DNA of 64,000 nucleotides. Source: an uncultured Acidimicrobiia bacterium (GTDB taxonomy: Bacteria > Actinomycetota > Acidimicrobiia > Acidimicrobiales > AC-14). Below, in pieces: positions 30,428-39,404 of this stretch. The notes beneath the pieces were generated by a model. The model made no database searches. It worked only from the letters and a program-made list of their open reading frames with translations, and was not told the origin of the DNA. Within the stretch, counting starts at the first letter, position 1. Each line of letters opens with the position of its first letter. A program made the translations under genes and the position numbers. The DNA lies in contig CAWIIV010000006.1 of the NCBI GenBank assembly GCA_963836205.1, forward strand, positions 1-64,000, read 5' to 3'.

Positions 30428-31584
30428 GCGCCCGCCAGGGCGGCCCGGATCCGTTCGAGGGTGACCACGCCGCCGAACCGGCCGCCGTCGTCGACCACCG
30501 CCACCGACGTGTCCGACGTCATGATGATCTCCATCGCCGCCCGCAGGGTGCTGGCCGCCGCCACCTGGGCCGCCGGCACCGACCGGGGGAGGTCGGCCAG
30601 CGGGCGTGACCCGTCGCCGTCGCCGTCGCCGTCGAGGGCCGTCCCCGGGACCCAGCCGAGGAAGACGCCGGCGCCGGTGAGGCCGAACCAGCTCGAGCGG
30701 TGGGCGGCCATGGCGGCCCGGGCGTCGTCGGTGGTGGCGGTGGCCACGTCGACCACCGGTCCCTGGGCGAACGGCAGGTCGGCCACCGTGGCCAGGGTGA
30801 GACGGCGGATGCTGCGGTCGCCGCCGACGAAGCGCTCCACGAACTCGTTGGCCGGCGCCCGCAGCAGGTCGTCGGGCGACGCGTACTGCTCCAGGATCCC
30901 GCCCACGTTGAGCAGGGCGACGCGGTCGGCCAGCTTGATGGCCTCGTCGAGGTCGTGGGTGACGAGCACGATCGTCTTGTGGACCCGGGACTGGAGCCCG
31001 AGCAACTCGTCCTGCAGGCGACCCCGGACCACCGGGTCGACCGCGCCGAAGGGCTCGTCCATCAGGAGCACGGGCGGGTCGGCGGCGAGGGCCCGGGCCA
31101 CACCCACCCGTTGCTGCTGGCCGCCGGAGAGCTCGTCCGGGTAACGGTCGAGCATCGAGGGTTCGAGGCCCACCAGGTCGGCCAGCTCCCGGACGCGGGC
31201 GGCGGTGCGGTCCTTGTCCCACCGGAGGGCGTTGGGGACGGCGGCGATGTTGCGGGCCACGGTGTGGTGGGGGAAGAGGCCCACCTGCTGGATCACGTAG
31301 CCGATCCCCCGCCGAAGCTCACCCACCGGCGAATGGGTGACGTCGTGGCCTTCGATCTCGATGCGGCCGGAGGTGGGCTCGATCATGCGGTTGATCATCC
31401 GCAGGGTGGTGGTCTTGCCGCAGCCCGACGGCCCGATGAGGGCGACGATCGACCCCTTGGGGATGTCGATGGTGAGGCCGCCGCTGCGGCCGACGGCGTC
31501 GGTGGCGGCCCCGGGAAAGCGCTTGGTGACCTCGCGCAGCCTGATCGCGGGGGTGCCGTTCGGGGTGCTGGCCAAGCGGGCCAT
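30424..31584 (-). CDS. Osmoprotectant ABC ATPase (OpuBA/ProV-like) with C-terminal CBS region
   Basis: GPSGCGKTT, LSGGQQQR, LLMDEPF. Confidence 0.92.
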   Translation of the reverse strand: MARLASTPNGTPAIRLREVTKRFPGAATDAVGRSGGLTIDIPKGSIVALIGPSGCGKTTTLRMINRMIEPTSGRIEIEGHDVTHSPVGELRRGIGYVIQQVGLFPHHTVARNIAAVPNALRWDKDRTAARVRELADLVGLEPSMLDRYPDELSGGQQQRVGVARALAADPPVLLMDEPFGAVDPVVRGRLQDELLGLQSRVHKTIVLVTHDLDEAIKLADRVALLNVGGILEQYASPDDLLRAPANEFVERFVGGDRSIRRLTLATVADLPFAQGPVVDVATATTDDARAAMAAHRSSWFGLTGAGVFLGWVPGTALDGDGDGDGSRPLADLPRSVPAAQVAAASTLRAAMEIIMTSDTSVAVVDDGGRFGGVVTLERIRAALAGA

Positions 31585-31613
31585 TTTGTCATGCCCGCCC
31601 TACGCTCGGCCGC

Positions 31614-32222
31614 GTGACCGATCTCCTCGTCGTCAGCGGGGAGCCGGTGTGGCCGGGGGCGGGCGGCGGGCGCCGCACCTGGGGGCTGGTGGAGGCGCTG
31701 GCCGCGGCCGGGTTGTCGGTGCGGGTGCTGGCGCCGGCGGCGCCGATGGACGGGGTGCCGCCGGCGGCCGTGATGGTCGGCATCGACGAGCTGCCCGACG
31801 AGGAGCCGGTGGCTCGGCTGGTGGCGTTCCTCAGCCCGCAGCCCCGGTTGGGACGGGCCCTCCTCGGTCCCCGGCGCAGCCGGGCCCTGCTGGCGGCGGT
31901 CGCCGACCATCGGCCGCGGGCGGTGCTGTTCGCCGGAGGCCACCTGGCCGCGGTCTCCCCGACGATCGGGCTGCCGGTCTTCGTCGACCTCCCGACGCTG
32001 GCGGTGCGGGGGACGGGCGTGGAGGGGCTGAAGGCCCGCTGGTGGGAGGCGGTGGAGGCCCGCCGGGCGGTGGCGGTGTCGGCCGCGTCGGCGGACGACG
32101 TCGACCTCCTGGCGTCGTGGGGGGCTCGGGCCGTCCTCGTGGCCGACGGGTCGTCGCCGGCGGCGTGGGCGTCCCTGGTAGACGCGGTGAAGCACGTGAC
32201 GCGGGCGGCGCGCCCGTCGTGA
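31614..32222 (+). CDS. Short glycosyltransferase family 4-like protein (N-terminal-type fold only)
   Basis: LLVVSGEPVWPGAGGGRRTWGLVEAL resembles GT4 N-termini; only 202 aa. Confidence 0.45.
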   Translation: MTDLLVVSGEPVWPGAGGGRRTWGLVEALAAAGLSVRVLAPAAPMDGVPPAAVMVGIDELPDEEPVARLVAFLSPQPRLGRALLGPRRSRALLAAVADHRPRAVLFAGGHLAAVSPTIGLPVFVDLPTLAVRGTGVEGLKARWWEAVEARRAVAVSAASADDVDLLASWGARAVLVADGSSPAAWASLVDAVKHVTRAARPS

Positions 32223-33292
32223 GCCGGCCGCGGTTGACCGGCACGGGCGCCCGGCGAGCCCGGATGCGGGGGCAGTTGCTGTCGGGTCGGGCGGCCGGGC
32301 GGTCGGTGGACGACGTGGTCGGCACCCTCGTCGGCGTGCAGGCCCAGGACGCCACCGCCGCCGCCCTCGCCGTCCGGGCCCGGAGCCGGGGCCTGGTGGC
32401 GGCCGACGTCGACGCGGCCCGGGAGGACGGGCGGGTCGTGCTCACGTGGAGCCTCCGGGGCACGCGGCACCTCCACCGGGCCGACGACGTGCGCTGGCTG
32501 GTGGCCCTCGTCGGGCCGACGTTCCTCCGGCCCAGTCGCCGGGCGGAGCAGCTCGGCATCGCGGGCGAGGTCGGGGACCGGGCGGTGGGTGTCCTCCGGG
32601 ACGCGCTGGCCGCCGAGGGACCCCTCACCCGCGATCAGGTCAAGGGGCTCCTCGCTCCCCACGGGATCGACCCCACGGGGCAGGCGGCCATCCACGTCAT
32701 CGCCCGGGCCGCCCTCGAAGGCGTGCTGTGCGTGCTCCCGGGAGAGCGCTACGTCCTCCTCGACGACTGGCTGGGTGCGGCGACGGCCTCGGCCTCGGGC
32801 GGCCCCCCGGGCGGCCCCCCGGCCGGCGAGCTGGCCCGCCGCTACCTGGCCGCCTTCGGTCCCGCCTCACCGGCCGACTTCGCCGCCTGGTCGGGGCTGG
32901 GATCGCCCGCCGCCCGCCGGGAGTGGGCCGCCGTCGAGTGCGAGCTGGTGGAGGTGGGTCCGGCGGGGTGGATGTCGGCCACCGACCTCGACCGGGCGGT
33001 GGCCGCCGCCCGCCGTCCCGCGCCGTCGCGCCTGCTGGGAGCGTTCGACTCCCTCCTCCTGGCCTACGCCGACCGCCGGCTCCACCTGTCCCCCGACCAC
33101 GCCCCCCTCGTCAACCCCGGCGGCGGGATCGTGAAGCCGCTGGTGGTGGTCGACGGCGAGGTCGTCGGCACGTGGTCGCGGCCTCGCGGCCAGGTCGAGC
33201 TCCGCTCGTTCCGGGCACTTGCTCCCGAGGAGACGCGCCGGCTCGATGGCGAGGTCGGTGCCGTGGCCCGGTTCCTCCATCCGTCGCCGTAG
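32219..33292 (+). CDS. AlkZ/YcaQ-like (HTH_42) DNA glycosylase family protein
   Basis: VGVQAQD, WSLRGTRH, RYLAAFGPASPADFAAWSG, LLGAFDSLLLAY, DGEVVGTW. Confidence 0.85.
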   Translation: MSRPRLTGTGARRARMRGQLLSGRAAGRSVDDVVGTLVGVQAQDATAAALAVRARSRGLVAADVDAAREDGRVVLTWSLRGTRHLHRADDVRWLVALVGPTFLRPSRRAEQLGIAGEVGDRAVGVLRDALAAEGPLTRDQVKGLLAPHGIDPTGQAAIHVIARAALEGVLCVLPGERYVLLDDWLGAATASASGGPPGGPPAGELARRYLAAFGPASPADFAAWSGLGSPAARREWAAVECELVEVGPAGWMSATDLDRAVAAARRPAPSRLLGAFDSLLLAYADRRLHLSPDHAPLVNPGGGIVKPLVVVDGEVVGTWSRPRGQVELRSFRALAPEETRRLDGEVGAVARFLHPSP

Positions 33293-33299
33293 CCACCTG

Positions 33300-33328
33300 G
33301 CAACCTTCTGGACAAGCGGTGGCGTCTA
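33300..33328 (+). promoter_or_regulatory. Putative ECF autoregulatory promoter GCAAC-N18-CGTCTA
   Basis: Classic AAC/CGT ECF boxes about 20 bp upstream of the sigma gene. Confidence 0.55.
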
Positions 33329-33349
33329 GAGGGTGTGAGAGGAGCGGCG

Positions 33350-33859
33350 GTGGCTGAGGTCGAGGCGCCGACGACCTACGAGCCGTCCGCCGGCCTGGAG
33401 GACCTCTACCGCCGGCACGCGCCCGAGGCCCGGCGGCTGGCGTACCTGCTCACCGGCGACCACTCCGCGGCCGACGACATCGCCCACGACGCCTTCGTCA
33501 AGGTCGCGGGCCGGCTCGTCGGGCTCCGATCGCCCGAGGCGAGCGGCGCCTACCTGCGCAAGGCGGTGGTCTCCGCCGCCGTCTCCCGGGCCCGGTCGCG
33601 GCAGCGGGACGACGCCAGGGTCGACGCCTACGCCCGCCGCCAGTCCCCGTTCGAGCCCGAGCGGGACGAGCCCGACGGCGAGCTGTGGGCGGCCTTGCTG
33701 CGGCTGCCGCCCCGCCAGCGGGCGGCCATCGTCCTGCGCCACTGGCTCGACCTGTCCGAGCCGCGCTCGGCCGAGCTGATGGGGTGCGGGGTCGGCACGG
33801 TGAAGTCGCTCGTCTCCCGGGGCCTGGCCACGCTGCGAGAGGAGGCGGGAGATGTCTGA
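33350..33859 (+). CDS. ECF sigma factor (SigE-like family)
   Basis: RLAYLLTGD..AADDIAHDAF; LPPRQRAAIVLRHWLDLSE..GTVKSLVSRGL. Confidence 0.9.
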   Translation: MAEVEAPTTYEPSAGLEDLYRRHAPEARRLAYLLTGDHSAADDIAHDAFVKVAGRLVGLRSPEASGAYLRKAVVSAAVSRARSRQRDDARVDAYARRQSPFEPERDEPDGELWAALLRLPPRQRAAIVLRHWLDLSEPRSAELMGCGVGTVKSLVSRGLATLREEAGDV

Positions 33860-34979
33860 CCTCGAGCCGAGCCTGCGCCGCCTCCTCGAGGGCCGCGCCG
33901 CCTCGGTGCCTTCCGAGGACGGCCCGCCGCCGGCGGTGCTCCGGCGGGCCCGCCGGCGCCGGCTGCGCAACCAGATGGGCGTGGGCGTCGTCGCCGTCCT
34001 GGCCATGGTGGGGATCGGCGCCCAGTTCCGGCCCGCCGAGCGCCCGGCCGACGTCGTGAGCGTCCCCAACCCCACGGCCCCCACCTGCGCCGACCCGGCC
34101 ACCAGCAGCCGATCCGACTTCGACCCGGAGGGCGGCCAGTACGCGGTGTACCTCTACGGGGTCAACGCCAGCCTGCGCACCGTCTCCTTCGACGTGATCC
34201 AGTTCCTCCGGGGCGACGACGCGGTGGAGGCCTACCGGCGGGACAACCCCGCGCCGGCGGGTGCGGACCCGGACGCTGGTGGACCGCCGGGGGGCGCCTA
34301 CGTCGTCAACGCCTTCGTGCACACCGACCAGGCCGCGGTGGCCACCGAAGTGGCCGTCCGCGTCGTCGACCCGTCCCAGCCGACCGTGCTCGTCACCACG
34401 ACGCTGGACCGGATCCCGGCCGGCCCCAGGGGCCTGCCCGGGCTCGGCCTCTACTGGCTGTCGTTCCGGGACGGCGTCGTCACCCAGGTGTGCCAGCAGG
34501 ACTCGACGGCGCGGGTGGGCGGCTCGACCCCGGAGGTCGGCTCTGGGGGCGTGCTCGGCACCGGCTGCGCCGACCTCGGCACCAGCAGCCGGAGCGACTT
34601 CGATCCCCGCCGCGGGCAGTACGCGGTGTACCTCTACGGGGTCAACAGCGGCCTGCGCACGGTGGCCTTCGACGTGGTCCAGTTCCTCGTCGGCGACGAC
34701 GCCGCGCAGGCCTACCACCGCGACAACCCGACCGATCCGGGCGGTCCGCCCGGCGCGTACTACCTGGTCAACGCCTACGAGAACACCGACGAGGCGGCGG
34801 TCGACGGTGGCGCCCGCGTCCGGCTCGTCGACCCGTCGCGGCCGGCGGCGCTCGTCTCCGGCGAGCTGGCCGACGTGCTCTCCCAGGTCACGGTCGGCAG
34901 CCATCCCGCCTACGGCCTGTACTGGCTGACCCTCGACGACGGCCACGTCACCGACATCTGCCAGCAGGCGACGCCGTAG
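33852..34979 (+). CDS. Putative anti-sigma factor with a tandemly duplicated extracytoplasmic domain
   Basis: Overlaps the sigma gene; RRARRRR + TM helix; two CAD..TSSRSDFDP..QYAVYLYGVN..LYWL..CQQ units. Confidence 0.75.
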   Translation: MSDLEPSLRRLLEGRAASVPSEDGPPPAVLRRARRRRLRNQMGVGVVAVLAMVGIGAQFRPAERPADVVSVPNPTAPTCADPATSSRSDFDPEGGQYAVYLYGVNASLRTVSFDVIQFLRGDDAVEAYRRDNPAPAGADPDAGGPPGGAYVVNAFVHTDQAAVATEVAVRVVDPSQPTVLVTTTLDRIPAGPRGLPGLGLYWLSFRDGVVTQVCQQDSTARVGGSTPEVGSGGVLGTGCADLGTSSRSDFDPRRGQYAVYLYGVNSGLRTVAFDVVQFLVGDDAAQAYHRDNPTDPGGPPGAYYLVNAYENTDEAAVDGGARVRLVDPSRPAALVSGELADVLSQVTVGSHPAYGLYWLTLDDGHVTDICQQATP

Positions 34980-34999
34980 CCGCGCAGCCGGTCAGCCGC

Positions 35000-35843
35000 T
35001 CAGGCGGGTCCCCGCTCGCCGCACTGGACCGCCGCGTTCAGGCAGGCGGTGACGAGCCGGGCCTGGGCCGCGGGGTCCCAGGCGTTGAAGAAGTCGGCGT
35101 GGGCGGTCGCCGGCCCGCCGGAGCTGAGCGTGAGGTCGGCGCCGCCGACGCCGGCCGGGTAGTGGACGCCCAGGCGCAGGTGGGGCACGGCCACCGGGTG
35201 GGTGGCGGGGCAGGCGCCGCGAGCCGCGTAGGCCATGTGGCTGCGGTGGTCGGAGCTGTCGAGGCGCTGTCCGTCCCAACAGTCGGGGAAGTGGACCCGC
35301 ATGACCCGGTGGAGGCCGGACGGGCAGTCGGGCGGGGTCGTGGCCTCGGGGGTCTGGCGGCCGCCGCCGATGCAGGCGAAACGAACCACGTGGGCGGCGG
35401 CGTCGGTGACCACCCGCAGTCCGAGGGGGAAGGGCTGGATGGAGGCGGGGTCGCGCCCGGCCACCAGGTAGTAGGCGAGGACGTTGGTGGGTTTCACTGG
35501 GTCGCCGCCGTCGGCCGCTGACGGGACCCAATAGGCGGCGTGGTCGCCGTCGCGGCGGCAGAGGTCGGGCCCGGCCTGGAGCGACTCGGTGGTCGAGAAG
35601 GCGTCGGTCGACGTGTTGCCGAAGAAGTCGTGGCCGTGGGACGCACCCGGGCTGGCCGGGATGGACGATGGGGTCGTCGGGCGCGGAGTGGCTGTACCGG
35701 CACACGCTGACGAAATTGCCGGCGGGACGGGGCTTGGGCGCCGCCGCCGCCGCGGCCGGGCCGGCGACGGCGAGGGCGGCGACGGCGAGGGAGAGGGCGG
35801 CGAGGGCGGCGGCCGCGGCCAGGGCGGTGCGGGCGGGTCTCAT
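35000..35843 (-). CDS. Secreted DUF1996-domain protein, two frameshifts (~35640, ~35500)
   Basis: C.YSH..PDDPIVHPG; HDFFGN; FPDCWDG..LDSSDHRSH; CPATHPV; HADFFNAW. Confidence 0.8.
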
Positions 35844-35962
35844 GGCGGTGATGGTCCGACCTGGATGTGAGGAGGCTGTGAGGAGTCGGTGAGGATGCTG
35901 CGGTGCGGCGGGGCCGGTGGTTGCCGCCCGAGTGCCCTATCTCTTACCCTATGTAGGTGCAG

Positions 35963-36120
35963 ATGCGGAAGACGAGCGTCTACCTGCCCGACGGGTTGAA
36001 GGTCCGGCTGGCCGACGTGGCCCGGCGGACGGGACGGTCGGAGGCCCAGCTGGTGCGACTGGCCGTCGAGCGGCTGGTGGCGTCGGAGCCGGCCGCGTCC
36101 CCTCGGCCTCGGCCTCGGTG
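35963..36120 (+). CDS. Ribbon-helix-helix (CopG-like) DNA-binding domain, probably the N-terminus of the following methyltransferase
   Basis: MRKTSVYLPDGLKVRLADVARRTGRSEAQLVRLAVERLV; no stop codon before cobI. Confidence 0.7.
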
Positions 36121-36164
36121 CCCGGGAGGACCCGGTCGTCGCCCGCAACCGCCCCGGCCCGGCG

Positions 36165-36863
36165 TTGGTGGGGGTGGGGATGGGTCCCGGCGACCCGGGG
36201 CTCGTCACGACCCGCGCCCTGGCCGCCCTGCGGGCGGCCGACCGGGTGTTGGCGCCGACCACGTCGGCCTCGGCGGTGGGGCGGGCGGAGGCCATCGTCC
36301 GGGAAGCCGTCCCGGAGGTGGTGGTGGAGCGGGTGGTGTTCGTGATGGCGACCGACGGTGCGGCCCGGGCCGGGGCCCTCGCCGCCGTCGCCGACCGGGT
36401 GGTGGCGCTGCTCGACGTGGGCGAGCGGGTGGTGTTCGTCACCCTTGGTGACCCCAACGTGTACAGCACGTTCTCCTCGGTGGCGGCATCGGTGCGGGAG
36501 CGACGCCCGTCGGTGCCGATCGAGTCCATCCCCGGGATCATGGCCTTCCAGGACCTGGCCGCCCGCTCGGGGACCGTCCTGGTCGACGGCGACGAGCGCC
36601 TGGTGCTGGTGCCCGCCCACCGGGGCGACGGGGCGGAGGCGGTAGCCGCGGCCGCGGCCGATTCGCGATCGGCGGTGGTGGTCTACAAGGGCGGCTCCCG
36701 CCTGCCCGAGCTGGCGGCCGCCCTGGCCGCCGCCGGTCGGCTCGAGGGGGCCGTGGTCGGTGAGCTCCTCGGGCTGCCCGGGGGGCGGGTGGCGGCAGTG
36801 GCCGACGTGGCCGACCGTCCCGCGACCTACCTGGCCACCCTCGTGGTGCCGCCGGTCCGATGA
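36165..36863 (+). CDS. cobI: Precorrin-2 C20-methyltransferase (CobI/CbiL)
   Basis: GVGMGPGDP, FVTLGDPNVYSTF, IPGI, YLAT. Confidence 0.88.
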   Translation: MVGVGMGPGDPGLVTTRALAALRAADRVLAPTTSASAVGRAEAIVREAVPEVVVERVVFVMATDGAARAGALAAVADRVVALLDVGERVVFVTLGDPNVYSTFSSVAASVRERRPSVPIESIPGIMAFQDLAARSGTVLVDGDERLVLVPAHRGDGAEAVAAAAADSRSAVVVYKGGSRLPELAAALAAAGRLEGAVVGELLGLPGGRVAAVADVADRPATYLATLVVPPVR

Positions 36864-37663
36864 TCTCGTTCGTGGGCGCCGGCCCCGGTGCGCCCGACCT
36901 GCTGACCCTGCGGGGCGCCGACCGTTTGTCACGGGCCGACATCGTGGTGTGGGCGTCGTCGCTGGTGCCGGAGGAGATGCTCGTGCACGTGGCCGCCGAC
37001 GCGGTGATCCACGACTCGGCCGGGATGACCTTCGAGGACGTGGTGGCGGTGTACTCGTCGGTGCCCGACTCGGCCCGGGTGGTGCGCCTGCACTCGGGCG
37101 ACGTGGCCCTGTACTCGGCGGTGCAGGAGCAGGTCGACTGGTGCGTCGCCGCGGGCCGGGAGCTCGAGATCGTCCCCGGGGTGGGTTCGCTGGCCGCGGC
37201 GGCGGCGTTGCTGGGACGGGAGCTCACCGTCCCCGGCGTGGCCCAGTCGGTGGTGTCCACCCGCCTGCCAGGGCGGACGGCGGCGTCGATGCCGCAGGGG
37301 GAGACGGTGGCCGCCTTCGCCTCCCACCGCACGACGATGGCCGTGTTCCTGTCGGCCGCCCGCCCGGCGCAGTTGGTCGACGAGCTGCTCGACGGCGGCC
37401 GGGGCTACCCGCCGGACACGCCGGCCGCGTTCGTCGTGCGGGCGTCGTGGCCCGACGAGCGGGTGGTGCTCACCACCGTCGGCGGGTTGGCCGACGCCAT
37501 GGCCGCCGACGGCGCCCGCACCGCCGCCCTCGTCCTGGTCGGACCCGCCCTGGCCGGTGCCGCCCCCCGCTGCCACCTCTACGACCCCGCCTACGCCCAC
37601 GGCTACCGCCGCCGCTCGCTCCCCGGCACCACGACCGGCCGCCCCACCGGCGCCACCCCGTGA
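36860..37663 (+). CDS. cobM: Precorrin-4 C11-methyltransferase (CobM/CbiF)
   Basis: FVGAGPGAPDLLT, RLHSGD, ELTVPGVAQSV, RASWPDE, LYDP.Y.HGYR. Confidence 0.92.
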   Translation: MISFVGAGPGAPDLLTLRGADRLSRADIVVWASSLVPEEMLVHVAADAVIHDSAGMTFEDVVAVYSSVPDSARVVRLHSGDVALYSAVQEQVDWCVAAGRELEIVPGVGSLAAAAALLGRELTVPGVAQSVVSTRLPGRTAASMPQGETVAAFASHRTTMAVFLSAARPAQLVDELLDGGRGYPPDTPAAFVVRASWPDERVVLTTVGGLADAMAADGARTAALVLVGPALAGAAPRCHLYDPAYAHGYRRRSLPGTTTGRPTGATP

Positions 37664-38302
37664 ACCGCTCCCGGCCCGGCGAACTGGTGACACAAACGGG
37701 GTCCCCGGCCACCGAAAACGTCACCGGTTCGGGATCGGGGGACGGTTCGATCAGCCTTGTCGGGGGTGGGCCGGGGGACCCCGACCTGCTCACCCTGCGG
37801 GCGGAGCTGCTCCTGGCGGGGGCGACGACGGTCGTGGTCGACGTCGGCGTCGGCCACCTGGCCGCCGCCTTCGCCCCCGGCGCCGCCATCGTGGCCGTGC
37901 CCGACCGGCAGGCCGGCCGTCGACGCCCTCCTCGCCGCCACCGCCCACCCGCCCGTGGTGCGTCTCTACCCGGGCGACCCGTGGCTGCACCCGGCCCACG
38001 GTTCCGAGGCGGCGGCTCTCGACGCCGCCGGCATCCGGTTCGAGGCGGTGCCCGGGGTGGCCACCGAGCTGGCGCTGCCGGCGATGGCGGGCATCGCCGT
38101 CCACGTCCGCCACCTGGCCGTCGTCTGCACCATCGCCGACTTCGACGACGCCCCGCCCACCACCGACCCCGCCCGCACGCTCGTCCTCGTGGCCGACGAC
38201 CTCGCCGCGGCGACCGCCGCCAGTGACCCGGCCGCCCGCACCCTGCCGTGCGTCGCGGGCACCGGCGGCGGACTCGTCGTGTCCGGGGCGGTCGTGCCGT
38301 GA
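37660..38302 (+). CDS. Degenerate tetrapyrrole methyltransferase (CobA-like), frameshift near 37910
   Basis: LVGGGPGDPDLLTLRA, then VVRLYPGDP..EAVPGV in the next frame; shorter than canonical CobA. Confidence 0.65.
37682..37729. repeat. 48-bp palindromic element of the same family as 18149/18212, inside the CDS 5' end
   Basis: AACTGGTGACACAAACGGGGTCCCCGGCCACCGAAAACGTCACCGGTT; same terminal inverted repeat and inner GGCC..GGACCCCG core in reverse orientation. Confidence 0.85.
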
Positions 38303-39404
38303 ACGGCACCGTCGACCCCCCCTCGCGCCCGAGGTGGCCGACGCCAAGGGCGGCCTCCGCACCGGGTGGACGACGGGGACGTGCGCCGGCGCGGCGGCCA
38401 AGGCGGCCCTCGTCGGGTTGGTCACCGGCTCCGCTCCCACCGAGGTCGACGTCGGCCTTCCCGACGGGCGGCGGGTCACGTTCCCGGTCGAGTCGGACGG
38501 CGCGGCCAACCGGTGCGTCGTGGTCAAGGACGCCGGCGACGACCCCGACTGCACCCACGGCGCCCGCATGACCGCCACCGTCGAATGGGCGGACCCAACG
38601 GCCACGACGACACCCGCCGAGCTCCGGGCCGGACCGGGCGTCGGCACCGTCACCCGTCCCGGCCTGGGCATTCCCGTCGGCCGGCCGTCGATCACCGACG
38701 TCCCCCGCCGCATGATCCGCCGGGCCCTGGCCGAGGTCGACCCCCGGTCGGTCGTGGTCACGTTCGAGGTCCCGGGGGGCGAGGACATGGCGGCCAGGAC
38801 GTCGAACGGACGACTCGGCATCGTCGGCGGCATCTCCATCCTGGGCACCACCGGCGTGGTGAAGCCGTTCTCCACCGCCGCCTACCGGGCGTCGGTCGTC
38901 CAGCAGATCGACGTGGCCGCGGCCCAGGGGGCGGACACCATCGTCCTCGCCACCGGTACCCGCTCCGACGCCTACGCCCAGCTCGCCCTCCCCCACCTGC
39001 CCGAGGTGTGCTTCGTCGAGGTGGGCGACTTCACCGGCATCGCCCTCCGGCGGGCGGCGGCGGCCGGCATCGGCCACGTGACGTGGGTGGGCATGGTGGG
39101 CAAGATCACCAAGCTGGCCGCGGGCGTGATGATGACCCACTTCCGCCGGACCAAGGTCGACACCGGGCTGCTGGCCGAGGTGGCGGTCGAGGCCGGGGCG
39201 CCCCCCGAGGTGGCCGACGCCGCCACCCACACCAACACCGCCCGCCACTTCTACGAGGTGTGCGTCGAGCACGGCGCGGTCGAACCGTTGCGCCTGCTGT
39301 GCCGGCGAGCGGCGGTCAACTGCCGGGCCCACGTCGACGGCGCCCTCTCGGTCGACGTGGTGTGCGTGGACTTCGACGGCACCCGGGAGGTCGCCCGTGG
39401 CTGA
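38299..39404 (+). CDS. cbiD: Cobalt-precorrin-5B C1-methyltransferase; probable homopolymer indel near the start (~38320)
   Basis: LRTGWTTGTCA, KDAGDDPDCTHGA, GVGTVTRPGL, RLGIVGGISILGTTG. Confidence 0.93.
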
